This document shows positions 10,589 to 19,715 of a stretch of 32,000 bases of DNA, one piece after another (positions within the stretch are counted from its first letter, which is position 1; every line of letters starts with the position of its first letter). The notes beneath the pieces were generated by a model. The model ran no database searches. It saw only the letters and a list, made by a program, of their open reading frames with translations, and was not told the DNA's origin. A program made the translations under genes and the position numbers. The stretch comes from Methanocaldococcus jannaschii DSM 2661 (GTDB lineage Archaea > AGJL01 > Methanococci > Methanococcales > Methanocaldococcaceae): NCBI RefSeq assembly GCF_000091665.1, contig NC_000909.1, positions 1,309,460 through 1,341,459 of the forward strand, written 5' to 3'.

Positions 10589-11314
10589 ATGTATGCTATA
10601 GGCATAGGAGACAATAAAGAAGAAGTTTTGAAGGCTTATGAAAAATTAAAAGAAGAAGGAATAGAGGTTGAATTAATTGACAATCCAAAACTTTTAGTAG
10701 ATAAACTATTGGATGGAGAGATAGATGGGGCTGTTAGGGGATCTTTATCTTCATCAAAAGTAATTCTCTATTTAAGAGAAAGAATAGGAAAATTTTATAG
10801 GGCATCAATTTTAAAGAATCCCTTTACTAATGGAATCTTTTTACTATCTCCAGTAGGGATTGATGATATATCAGAAGACAAAAATGAGAGAATAAAAGAT
10901 AAAATAAGGATTATAGAATTTGCATCTAACTTTTTAAAAAATTATAATATTAAAGCAAAAGTTGCAGTCCTTTCTGGAGGAAGATTAGGAGATTTAGGAA
11001 GGAATAAAGTAGTGGATGAAACAATATATGAAGCTGAGGAAATAGTTGAGCATTTTAAAGGAAATGTGGATATTATACATAATGGTATATTAATAGAGGA
11101 ATATTTAAAAGATGGATACAATATTATTATAGCTGTAGATGGAATTACTGGAAATTTAATTTTCAGATGTTTAGGTTTGATTTGCAAAATTCCTGGTTAT
11201 GGGGCAGTTATTTTATCAGATAAAAATGTCAATTTTATTGATACAAGTAGAAACGCTAATTGGGAGAGATACTATAACGCTATTAAATTCCTAATAGGTG
11301 GGGATTTTGGGTAA
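10589..11314 (+). CDS. MtxX / methanogen marker protein 4-like (phosphate acyl/acetyltransferase-fold) protein
   Basis: VAVLSGGRLGD and AVDGITGNLIFRCL resemble the DG-x-x-GN motifs of the PTA/PlsX fold. The track start GTG 10580 overlaps the upstream stop, while ATG 10589 (MYAIGIG) is the first ATG. Function is unknown. Confidence 0.5.
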   Translation: MYAIGIGDNKEEVLKAYEKLKEEGIEVELIDNPKLLVDKLLDGEIDGAVRGSLSSSKVILYLRERIGKFYRASILKNPFTNGIFLLSPVGIDDISEDKNERIKDKIRIIEFASNFLKNYNIKAKVAVLSGGRLGDLGRNKVVDETIYEAEEIVEHFKGNVDIIHNGILIEEYLKDGYNIIIAVDGITGNLIFRCLGLICKIPGYGAVILSDKNVNFIDTSRNANWERYYNAIKFLIGGDFG

Positions 11315-12140
11315 GATAAAAAACAAATTAAAGAGTATTGGAAAAAGAGTAATAATTGATTTTTATAGATTTTTAGACAACTCCGGAGTTTTAAAAATTT
11401 ACGAGAAGATTTTAGAAGAGGCTATTGATAAAGACAATTTACCAAAACATGTAGCTATAATAATGGATGGAAATAGAAGGGCTGCAGAGATTTATGGAAA
11501 AGATAGATACTACGGGCATTACTTGGGGGCTGAGAAGGTTAGAGAAGTCTTAAGATGGGCAAGGGATTTGGGCATAAATGTTGTTACTCTATATGCCTTT
11601 TCTACTGAAAATTTTAGAAGACCTAAGGAAGAAGTTGATAAATTAATGGAATTATTTGAAAAAAAGTTTTACGAGATTGCAGATGATGAAGAAATTCATA
11701 GATATGAAGTTAGAGTTAGAGCAATTGGTAGAATTAATCTATTGCCAAAAAATGTTCAAAAAGCAATAAAATACGCTGAAGAGAGAACAAAAAACTACAA
11801 CAAATTTTTTGTTAATATTGCAATAGCTTATGGAGGACAGCAAGAAATAATAGATGCTGTAAAAAAGATAGCTGAAAAGGTTAAAAGAGGAGAAATAGAA
11901 CCAGAAGATATTGATAAAGAGTTAATAGATAAACATTTATACACAGCAAATTTGCCATTTCCAAATCCTGATTTGATTATCAGAACTTCTGGGGAGGAAA
12001 GAATTAGTAATTTTTTAATTTGGCAGAGCTCTTATTCAGAGCTGTATTTTTGTGATATATATTGGCCGTTATTTAGAAGAGTGGATTTTCTAAGGGCGGT
12101 TAGAGATTACCAAAGAAGACAGCGGAGGTTTGGAAAATGA
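11298..12140 (+). CDS. uppS: cis-prenyltransferase (undecaprenyl/dehydrodolichyl diphosphate synthase family)
   Basis: Contains HVAIIMDGNRRAA, the LYAFSTENFRRP motif and RTSGEERISNFLIWQSSYSELYF. The GTG start overlaps the upstream gene by 17 nt. Confidence 0.9.
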   Translation: MGILGKIKNKLKSIGKRVIIDFYRFLDNSGVLKIYEKILEEAIDKDNLPKHVAIIMDGNRRAAEIYGKDRYYGHYLGAEKVREVLRWARDLGINVVTLYAFSTENFRRPKEEVDKLMELFEKKFYEIADDEEIHRYEVRVRAIGRINLLPKNVQKAIKYAEERTKNYNKFFVNIAIAYGGQQEIIDAVKKIAEKVKRGEIEPEDIDKELIDKHLYTANLPFPNPDLIIRTSGEERISNFLIWQSSYSELYFCDIYWPLFRRVDFLRAVRDYQRRQRRFGK

Positions 12141-12625
12141 AAAAGAAAATAATTATATTGTTTCTATTTACTGCTATTCTTTGTTCTATAACTTTATGTG
12201 GTTGTATCTCTTTTGAAAAAACCCAAATAGGCAATTATAATATAAAAAATAATTCATGTATAAACTCAAATGTTTCCAAAAATCAAACTATCCAAAATGT
12301 CAGTGATAAAATTGTAAATAATAATACCAATATTTTAAACACTTTAAATTATGAAATAATTGCCTATGGAGCTTTTGGAGAGAAAAATAGGGGATATTAT
12401 TATTACTACAAAGATAACAAAACTATAATAGTCATAAACTTGGAAGAGATGCCAACCGCTGGATATAAAATAAAGATAATAAATATAACAGAAACTGCCA
12501 ATAAAATTACTGTCTATTATAAAGTTATTCCTCCAAAAGAATTTGCAGCAATGGTTGTAACTTATCCATATATAAAACTATCTGTAAATGGAACATACAA
12601 TGTAGAGTGTAAGGAAGTAAGATAA
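12137..12625 (+). CDS. Secreted/lipid-anchored protein with an Asn-rich linker and a PrcB_C-like beta domain
   Basis: Signal peptide MKKKIIILFLFTAILCSITLCGC has a lipobox-like cysteine. The protein has 8 N-x-S/T sequons. The C-terminal part (TAGYKIKIINITE...VYYKVIPP...VVTYPY) resembles my memory of the PrcB C-terminal domain. Its start forms an ATGA overlap with the uppS stop. Confidence 0.6.
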   Translation: MKKKIIILFLFTAILCSITLCGCISFEKTQIGNYNIKNNSCINSNVSKNQTIQNVSDKIVNNNTNILNTLNYEIIAYGAFGEKNRGYYYYYKDNKTIIVINLEEMPTAGYKIKIINITETANKITVYYKVIPPKEFAAMVVTYPYIKLSVNGTYNVECKEVR

Positions 12626-12692
12626 AAAGATTTAATAATTTTGGCTTAATATATAATTTACAGTTCAAACACAAAAAAGGAGATGTGGTATT

Positions 12693-13493
12693 TTGAGGGT
12701 GGAAATTATTTTTTTGGGATGTGGTGGTGGAAGATGGGCAACAATAACACAAAAAAAGGCAACAGGAGGGTTTAGAATCCATACAAATGAGCTTAGAATG
12801 CATGTAGATCCTGGCCCGGGAGCGATAGTGAGATTAAACGAGCTAAAAATATCTCCATGGAGAACTAATGCCCTGTTTATATCTCACTGCCATCCAGACC
12901 ACTACACTGATGGAGAAATTATTGTTGAAGCTATAACTCAAGGAATGACAAAAAAGCGAGGAGTTTTTTTAGGTAGCTTATCAGTTGTTGAAGGTTTTGG
13001 AGAATATGAGTATGTTGTATCAAAATACCATCAATCAAAGCTTGAAGAGGTTAGAGTTTTATACCCTGGAGACTCTGCAGAGTTGTATGATACAACAATA
13101 AAGGCAACACATACAAAACATGGAGACCCGTTTGGTATTGGATTTAGACTATCAACAATTTATGGAGATATTGGTTACACTTCAGATACTGAATTTATCC
13201 CTCAGCTAATTGAAGACTTTGATGGAGTTAGAATTTTAATAGCGAATATTGTTAGAAAGAAAAATGAGCGAATTAAAGGGCATCTCTGCTCTAACGATGC
13301 CATTGATTTAATAAACTCAATGAACAAAAAGCCAGAGTTGTTGATAATGAATCACATGGGAGTTAAGATGACAAATCCTCAAATAGAGGCAGAATATATT
13401 TCCCAAAATACTGGAATAGAGGTTATTCCAGCAAGATTAGGACTGAAAGTTGAGCTTTTAAATGGAAAGTATAAGTATCAGCTAATTAAATAA
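12693..13493 (+). CDS. Metallo-beta-lactamase-fold hydrolase
   Basis: Carries the HxHxDH motif as ISHCHPDHYTDG, with downstream His/Asp ligands (THTKHGD, YTSDT, NHMG). The TTG start at 12693 has AGGAG 10 nt upstream. Confidence 0.75.
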   Translation: MRVEIIFLGCGGGRWATITQKKATGGFRIHTNELRMHVDPGPGAIVRLNELKISPWRTNALFISHCHPDHYTDGEIIVEAITQGMTKKRGVFLGSLSVVEGFGEYEYVVSKYHQSKLEEVRVLYPGDSAELYDTTIKATHTKHGDPFGIGFRLSTIYGDIGYTSDTEFIPQLIEDFDGVRILIANIVRKKNERIKGHLCSNDAIDLINSMNKKPELLIMNHMGVKMTNPQIEAEYISQNTGIEVIPARLGLKVELLNGKYKYQLIK

Positions 13494-14733
13494 TATGCTT
13501 TTTTATTCTTAAAATAGCAAAAACACCAATTAAAAAGACAGATATTGATGTTATTAATGTAGCTAAGCTTCCTCCAACAATTCCATAAGCATTTACCAAA
13601 ATTAAATTTAAGATAATATTTAACACCAACCCAAACAATATTATATAGAAAGAAATTTTTGCATACCCTAAACCTTGAAGTGCAGAGGATATTAAAGTAT
13701 AATAGCTCATAAATAAAGAAGAGATTGCTAAAATTCTTAGGCATAAAATTCCTTCTGGATTAGCTGTTTTAAAAAATGCTATCAATGGGATTTCAGGGAA
13801 AAACAAACAACCAATAACAAAAATTGATGAGAAGATAGTGTTTTGGATAATTCCTTCTTTTAATAAGCTTAAATCTTTAGTTTTAGATATTCTTGGAAGT
13901 AAAGGGATGCTAACAGCTGAAGCAAACATAAATATTCCTCTTGATATTAGAGAGGAGTAACCATAAATCCCACTCCAAAATCCTCCCATAATGGACATTA
14001 TAACTATATTATCAATATCTCCAAACAATCTGTATGATGATGACGTTAAAGCAATAGGGATTGAATATCTCAAAATGTCTAAGTTAAAATTAGAGAATAT
14101 GTTTTTTGTTGTATTTTTTATGTCAATTAATTTTTTGAAATCAAATTTTCCTTTTAATGCCTTATAAATCAAATATAGCCCAAAAATCCCTCCTACTAAA
14201 TATGCCAAAGATATTGATAACAAAGAGCCAAAGATTCCCAAATATAGAGTTAGAATAAAAACCAATATGACTTTTGCAGTGTATTCAACAATCCACGTAA
14301 GGGAGAGATATTTCATCTTTAACAATCCTTGTAAAATACCTCTTGAAAATGCTATTACTGTTGAAGCTACAACACAAAGACCTACTGCAAAATACAAAAT
14401 ATTTGGCAGATTTAAATAATGCCCTCCTAAAATGTATTTTATATAAGGAGTTAAGATAAATCCAACAACTGAGAGCAAAATCATTAAATATAATATTGGA
14501 ATATATTTGTTAATATCTACCTCTTTTTCTTCAGCTAAGAATTTTGCTATGGCTGGAGGAATACCAGAAGAGAAAAATATTGTTAGAGTGTCAGCTATTG
14601 GCATTAATCCCTTTAAGATACCAAATGCTTCAGTTCCCAATAAAAATGCAGTTATAAAATAAAATAGATATGCCATTCCCTTTGAGTATAAATTTGACAT
14701 TAGGATGTAAATACTATCCTTACACAAACTCAT
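13486..14733 (-). CDS. MOP/Wzx-family polysaccharide or oligosaccharide flippase-like membrane protein
   Basis: 415-aa protein with about 12 predicted TM helices. The N-terminal LMSNLYSKGMAYLFYFITAFLLGTEAFG is typical of the polysaccharide biosynthesis protein family. Its 3' end overlaps the convergent MBL gene by 8 nt. Confidence 0.65.
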   Translation of the reverse strand: MSLCKDSIYILMSNLYSKGMAYLFYFITAFLLGTEAFGILKGLMPIADTLTIFFSSGIPPAIAKFLAEEKEVDINKYIPILYLMILLSVVGFILTPYIKYILGGHYLNLPNILYFAVGLCVVASTVIAFSRGILQGLLKMKYLSLTWIVEYTAKVILVFILTLYLGIFGSLLSISLAYLVGGIFGLYLIYKALKGKFDFKKLIDIKNTTKNIFSNFNLDILRYSIPIALTSSSYRLFGDIDNIVIMSIMGGFWSGIYGYSSLISRGIFMFASAVSIPLLPRISKTKDLSLLKEGIIQNTIFSSIFVIGCLFFPEIPLIAFFKTANPEGILCLRILAISSLFMSYYTLISSALQGLGYAKISFYIILFGLVLNIILNLILVNAYGIVGGSLATLITSISVFLIGVFAILRIKKHII

Positions 14734-14819
14734 AAGAATCAGCTTTTCCTAAGTTTATTTTATTACCTATTATTTCTTTAAAAATTACATTTAATATTTT
14801 TAAAATTTGTGGTGAAACT

Positions 14820-15557
14820 ATGGGAAGAAAAGATAAAAGATGGGTTTTACAAAGAAAGAGAGATTTCTACTACAAATTAGCTAAAAAACTTAAATATCGT
14901 TCAAGAGCATCTTTTAAACTCATGCAGTTAAATGAAAAATTTAACGTTATTAAACCAGGAAAGATAGTTTTGGATTTGGGTTGTGCTCCAGGCGGATGGA
15001 TGCAAGTGGCAAGAGAGATTGTAGGAGATAAAGGCTTTGTTATTGGTATTGACTTACAACCAGTTAAGCCATTTGAATATGATAATGTAGTTGCAATAAA
15101 AGGAGATTTCACCTTAGAAGAAAATTTGAACAAAATTAGAGAGCTAATTCCAAATGATGAAAAAAAGGTGGATGTGGTTATAAGTGACGCCTCCCCTAAT
15201 ATAAGCGGTTATTGGGATATAGACCACGCTCGTTCAATAGATTTAGTAACTACTGCCTTACAAATAGCTACTGAGATGCTAAAAGAGAGAGGCAATTTTG
15301 TAGCTAAGGTATTTTATGGAGACATGATAGATGATTATGTAAATTTAGTTAAAAAATACTTTGAAAAGGTTTATATTACAAAACCTCAAGCTTCAAGAAA
15401 AGAAAGTGCTGAGGTTTATGTTATAGCTAAGAGATACACTGGAAAAAAATGGGAAGAAGAGGATAAGATAAAAAGGGTTAAAAAAGTTGAAAATGAAGAT
15501 AATGAACTTTTAGCTAAAAAAATTAAAGAGATTAGGAAATTAAAATCTAAAAAATAA
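14820..15557 (+). CDS. rlmE: 23S rRNA 2'-O-ribose (U2552-equivalent) methyltransferase RlmE/FtsJ
   Basis: Contains RSRASFKL, the SAM motif [27 protein letters not shown] and FVAKVFYG. It has a Lys/Glu-rich C-terminal tail. GGTGA lies 4 nt upstream of the ATG. Confidence 0.9.
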   Translation: MGRKDKRWVLQRKRDFYYKLAKKLKYRSRASFKLMQLNEKFNVIKPGKIVLDLGCAPGGWMQVAREIVGDKGFVIGIDLQPVKPFEYDNVVAIKGDFTLEENLNKIRELIPNDEKKVDVVISDASPNISGYWDIDHARSIDLVTTALQIATEMLKERGNFVAKVFYGDMIDDYVNLVKKYFEKVYITKPQASRKESAEVYVIAKRYTGKKWEEEDKIKRVKKVENEDNELLAKKIKEIRKLKSKK

Positions 15558-15568
15558 AAAAATTATTT

Positions 15569-17230
15569 TTATCTATGTGCATAGCAACATACGAATCCAT
15601 CATTATCTTTTTTATCTATTCTAACAAATCCAAACCTCTCAAATTGGATAATATCATCAACCTCTACTTTAGCAAAATCTTTTTCAGCAAAGCCTTCCTT
15701 TATCTCTCCATCAGGCATTAAAACTTTAACCTTTACACTATCCTTTACAGGAATCCAGTGTATAATCTTAGCTTTGTTCTTCCTTGCTATTTTAAAGTCA
15801 TCTGAGTGATATTTAGCTAATGCTATATCATCAACTTTTTCAACAACTATGTTAAATAACTCCATCAATCTATACATCTTATTCTCTTCCAACTCATCTC
15901 CAACAACATAAACCTCTCCATCAAATATTAACTCCCTCTCTCCAAATTCTGGTCTATCTGGATGCATTCTAAGTTTTAAGACCTTTTTCTCTGCCCCTTC
16001 GATAATAAGTTTCTTTGGATTCCAGACAAAGAAGAATCTCCTTGCATCTTTATCAATAAGCTCCTTATTTATTGCATATAAATTCTCCCAAGAAAACTTA
16101 ACATCTGCCTGTTTAATTCCAATTCTTTTCATTATCTCATATATTGCCTCTGGTTTAATCCCTCTTCTTCTTAAAGCTCTTAAAGTTCCTAATCTAACGT
16201 CATCCCATCCACTATAGAGACCTTCTTTAATTCCTTTATACATTGATGAAGTGCTTAAAACAATGTCCTCTATCTTCAAAATCCCATAGTGGATGAATTC
16301 TGGCATTTCCCAACCAAAGTATTTGTAAATATAAGCTTGCTTCTCAGTATTTACAATGTGGTCTTTTCCTCTCAAAACATGAGTCATTCCTAAAAGATGA
16401 TCATCAACTGGAACAGAGAAGTTCATTAAAGGATATACACAGTATTTATCTCCAGTTCTTGGATGTGGAGTTTTTTCAACTCTGAATATTGGAAAGTCCC
16501 TAATTGATGGGTTTTTGTGTTTTATGTCTGTTTTTAATCTAACAGCTACATTTTCAAGTTCTCCATTCAGCATCTTTTCCCAAAGCTCTAAGTTATCCTC
16601 AATGGCTCTATCTCTACACTTACATGGAACTCCTTTATTTCTCAATTCCCTAAATTCTTCTGGATTGCAGTCACAAACATAAGCATGTCCCATTTCAATC
16701 AATTTTCTACCATATTCATAATAAAGCTCTATTCTATCTGATTGTATAACCACTTCATCAACTTTAACCCCCAGCCAATCCAAATCTTCTTTAATCATGT
16801 CATAAGCTTCTGGCAGAACTCTCTTTGGGTCTGTATCCTCTAATCTTAAAATTAACTTTCCACCATATTTTTTAACAAAGTAGTCATTTAAAACTGCTGC
16901 TCTTGCATGCCCTATATGTAAAGGCCCTGATGGATTAGGAGCGAATCTCATAACTACCTTATCTTTAACGTTTGGTAATTCTAAACCTTTCTCCTTTTTT
17001 TCTTTCTTTTTAACATCTTCTCCTAATTCTTCCAACTTTTTCTTAATTTCATCCAATGATAGTTTATTAACTTCTTCAACAACTTTCTCAACAATTGGCA
17101 TTACCTCCTTTGCTTTACTCCTATATTCTGGATTTTCTGACAAAAATATCCCTAAAACTGCCTTTGGATTAGCTTTTCCATTGTATTTTATGGCATTTCT
17201 TAATGCAATTGGCAATATCTTCTCTTCCAC
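15569..17230 (-). CDS. gltX: Glutamyl-tRNA synthetase (archaeal type)
   Basis: Class I HIGH motif in [17 protein letters not shown]. Length and overall sequence are typical of archaeal GluRS. The GTG start is preceded by GGTGAT. Confidence 0.9.
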   Translation of the reverse strand: MEEKILPIALRNAIKYNGKANPKAVLGIFLSENPEYRSKAKEVMPIVEKVVEEVNKLSLDEIKKKLEELGEDVKKKEKKEKGLELPNVKDKVVMRFAPNPSGPLHIGHARAAVLNDYFVKKYGGKLILRLEDTDPKRVLPEAYDMIKEDLDWLGVKVDEVVIQSDRIELYYEYGRKLIEMGHAYVCDCNPEEFRELRNKGVPCKCRDRAIEDNLELWEKMLNGELENVAVRLKTDIKHKNPSIRDFPIFRVEKTPHPRTGDKYCVYPLMNFSVPVDDHLLGMTHVLRGKDHIVNTEKQAYIYKYFGWEMPEFIHYGILKIEDIVLSTSSMYKGIKEGLYSGWDDVRLGTLRALRRRGIKPEAIYEIMKRIGIKQADVKFSWENLYAINKELIDKDARRFFFVWNPKKLIIEGAEKKVLKLRMHPDRPEFGERELIFDGEVYVVGDELEENKMYRLMELFNIVVEKVDDIALAKYHSDDFKIARKNKAKIIHWIPVKDSVKVKVLMPDGEIKEGFAEKDFAKVEVDDIIQFERFGFVRIDKKDNDGFVCCYAHR

Positions 17231-17414
17231 ATTATCACCATTTACCTACCATTAACTTTAAAAACCTTAACTGATTATTAGGAAAAGGATACTTAAAGTT
17301 AAGTAACATAAATATAGTTATGCAATTTTAAAAGCTCATCCTCAATATTAAGATAATCTGAATAATAATAGTTAAATATATAAATATTGTAAAATATTAT
17401 TGTGGTGGATATTG

Positions 17415-18863
17415 ATGGAGAGTATTAAAAAAGTAATGGTTTTTGGTTCTGGACCGATAGTTATTGGACAAGCTGCAGAGTTCGATTTTTCAGGTTCTCA
17501 AGCATGTAAAGCTTTGAAGGAAGAGGGAATTTATACTATTTTAGTGAATTCAAATCCTGCAACTATTCAAACAGATACAGACATGGCAGATAAGGTTTAT
17601 TTAGAGCCATTACATCCAACAATCGTTGAGAAGATTATTGAGAAAGAGAGGCCAGATGCTATTTTACCAACAATGGGAGGACAAACAGGTCTTAACTTAG
17701 CTTTAGAATTACATAGAAGAGGGATTTTAGATAAATATGGAATTAAGCTTCTCGGCTCTAATATTAGAACTATTGAAATAGCTGAGGATAGAGAACTTTT
17801 TGCCGAGGCAATGGCTGAAATTAATGAGCCAGTTACAAAGTGTAAGGCCGTTAATTCTGTTGATGAAGCAGTTGAGTTTGCTGAGGAAATTGGCTATCCA
17901 GTCATTGTAAGACCTGCATTTACCTTAGGAGGAACTGGAGGAGGAATTGCCCATAACAAAGAGGAGTTAATAGATATTACCTCAAAAGGATTAAAATATT
18001 CTATAATCAACCAAGTTTTGATTGATGAGAGTGTTTTAGGATGGAAGGAATTTGAGCTTGAGGTTATGAGAGATAGAAAAGACACTTGCATCATTGTCTG
18101 TGGTATGGAGAACATAGACCCAATGGGAATACACACTGGAGAGAGTATTGTTGTCTCACCTATCCAAACTCTACCAGATGAGTTTTATCAAAAGCTAAGA
18201 AACGCTGCTATAAAGATTATAAGACATTTGGGAATTGAGGGAGGTTGTAATATACAATTTGCTGTAAATAAGGAGATGACTGAATATAGAGTTATTGAAG
18301 TGAATCCAAGGGTCTCAAGAAGCTCTGCCCTGGCAAGTAAAGCTACAGGTTATCCAATAGCAAGGATTGCCGCTAAAATAGCCATCGGTAAAACATTAGA
18401 TGAGATATTAAATGATGTTACAAAGGAAACACCAGCAAGCTTTGAGCCAACTTTAGATTATGTTGTTGTAAAAATCCCAAGATGGCCATTTGATAAGTTT
18501 AAAACAGTAGATAAAAAATTAGGAACAAGTATGAAGTCCACTGGAGAGGTTATGGCTATAGGTAGAAGCTTTGAAGAAGCTTTGCAAAAGGCAATTAGAA
18601 GTTTAGACATTGGAAGATTCGGCATAATTGGAGATGGAAAGGATAAAGACTATACGGATGAAGAGATAGAAGAAATATTAAAGAATCCAACTGATGAAAG
18701 AATTTTTGTTATTGCTAAGGCGTTAGAGAAGGGTTGGAGTGTTGAGAAAATAGTTGAGCTAACGGATATTGATGAATTTTTCATTAAGAAGATTAAGAAT
18801 ATTGTAGATATGAAGAAGGAATTGGAGAAATTAAAAGAAGAAATTAAGAAATTGAATGCTTAA
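17415..18863 (+). CDS. carB: Carbamoyl-phosphate synthase large subunit, N-terminal half (split gene)
   Basis: [25 protein letters not shown] plus a first ATP-grasp module ([22 protein letters not shown]). The protein ends inside the oligomerisation domain. I prefer ATG 17415 (MESIKK) over the track's TTG 17400. Confidence 0.92.
   Translation: MESIKKVMVFGSGPIVIGQAAEFDFSGSQACKALKEEGIYTILVNSNPATIQTDTDMADKVYLEPLHPTIVEKIIEKERPDAILPTMGGQTGLNLALELHRRGILDKYGIKLLGSNIRTIEIAEDRELFAEAMAEINEPVTKCKAVNSVDEAVEFAEEIGYPVIVRPAFTLGGTGGGIAHNKEELIDITSKGLKYSIINQVLIDESVLGWKEFELEVMRDRKDTCIIVCGMENIDPMGIHTGESIVVSPIQTLPDEFYQKLRNAAIKIIRHLGIEGGCNIQFAVNKEMTEYRVIEVNPRVSRSSALASKATGYPIARIAAKIAIGKTLDEILNDVTKETPASFEPTLDYVVVKIPRWPFDKFKTVDKKLGTSMKSTGEVMAIGRSFEEALQKAIRSLDIGRFGIIGDGKDKDYTDEEIEEILKNPTDERIFVIAKALEKGWSVEKIVELTDIDEFFIKKIKNIVDMKKELEKLKEEIKKLNA
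18823..18839 (+). repeat. Left copy of the direct repeat flanking the carB-splitting cassette
   Basis: TGGAGAAATTAAAAGAA is 15/17 identical to 19723-19739. The two copies are exactly 900 nt apart, occupy the same codon phase and encode (L)EKLKE. Confidence 0.4.
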
Positions 18864-18872
18864 TGGGAAATT

Positions 18873-19034
18873 ATGAAAAAAGAAACCAAAATAAATATAT
18901 TAATTTTGATGAATCTTATATTTGTAGCATTAACATTATTGGCTTTAATAACTGGAAGAATATTGGTAACTTTAGTTGGAATTATATGTGTAATTAATGG
19001 ATTATTGGCATTAAAGAGGGTTAAAGAAGAATAA
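18873..19034 (+). CDS. 53-aa two-TM hydrophobic mini-protein (below the ORF-track threshold)
   Basis: My translation is MKKETKINILILMNLIFVALTLLALITGRILVTLVGIICVINGLLALKRVKEE. It shows two hydrophobic helices separated by GR, with charged ends. The ATG lies 9 nt after the carB-N stop, and the stop lies 25 nt before the MNT gene. Confidence 0.45.
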   Translation: MKKETKINILILMNLIFVALTLLALITGRILVTLVGIICVINGLLALKRVKEE

Positions 19035-19059
19035 GAAATATAGTATATAGTGTGAAACC

Positions 19060-19362
19060 ATGAAAACACTCTCCGAAATAAAAGAAATCCTAAGAAAGCA
19101 TAAAAAAATCCTTAAAGATAAATATAAGGTTAAATCTATTGCCTTATTTGGTAGTTATGCAAGAGGGGAGCAGACAGAAGAAAGTGATATAGACATTATG
19201 GTTGAATTTGATGAAAACAACTATCCTTCATTTTCAGAGTATTTGGAGCTAATTGAATATTTAGAAAAGATTTTGGGATTAAAAGTTGATTTAATTACAA
19301 AAAAATCAATCCACAATCCTTATGTAAAAAAATCTATTGAGGAGGATTTAATTTATGTCTAA
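19060..19362 (+). CDS. mntA: Minimal nucleotidyltransferase (MNT/MntA) type VII antitoxin
   Basis: Carries the pol-beta-superfamily NTase motif FGSYARGEQTEESDIDIMVEF. It is 100 aa long and its stop overlaps the start of the downstream HEPN ORF by 8 nt. Confidence 0.85.
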   Translation: MKTLSEIKEILRKHKKILKDKYKVKSIALFGSYARGEQTEESDIDIMVEFDENNYPSFSEYLELIEYLEKILGLKVDLITKKSIHNPYVKKSIEEDLIYV

Positions 19363-19707
19363 GAGGGATGTTAAAGCATTCCTATATGATATTTTAGAAA
19401 GTGCTAATGATGTTATTGAATTTACTAAAGATATTGACTATAATGAGTTTATAAATAATAAAATGATACGATATGCGGTTATTAGAGCCTTAGAAATTAT
19501 TGGAGAAGCGTCAAGATACATAAATAATGATTTTAGGGAAAAGTTTCCCAACGTCCCATGGAAAGAGATGGTAGGATTAAGAAATATTTAATTCATAAAT
19601 ATTTTGGGATTGATTATATCCTTCTTTGGAAGATAGTTAAAGAAGACGTTCCTAAAATAAAGAAAGAAGTTGAGATAGTTTTAAAAGATATTGAAAATAA
19701 AAAATAG
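19355..19707 (+). pseudogene. hepT: HEPN (DUF86/HepT) RNase toxin gene interrupted by a 1-nt frameshift inside the Rx4H motif
   Basis: Frame 1 (19355-19591) ends ...IIGEASRYINNDFREKFPNVPWKEMVGLRNI*. The -1 frame continues from 19588 as LIHKYFGIDYILLWKIVKEDVPKIKKEVEIVLKDIENKK* and ends at 19707. Joined, they give a canonical roughly 117-aa DUF86 with R-N-x-L-I-H. Confidence 0.7.
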
Positions 19708-19715
19708 GTGATTAT

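Noticed and set aside
18860-19069. 69-aa minus-strand ORF between the carB halves
   Set aside because: It is antisense to the better-formed 53-aa two-helix ORF (18873-19034) and to the mntA start. The plus-strand reading fits the operon orientation.
19580-19595. Programmed -1 ribosomal frameshift in the HEPN gene
   Set aside because: The site (A AAT ATT TAA) is not a canonical X XXY YYZ heptamer, and I see no downstream pseudoknot or hairpin. It is treated as a mutation or sequencing error unless data show otherwise.
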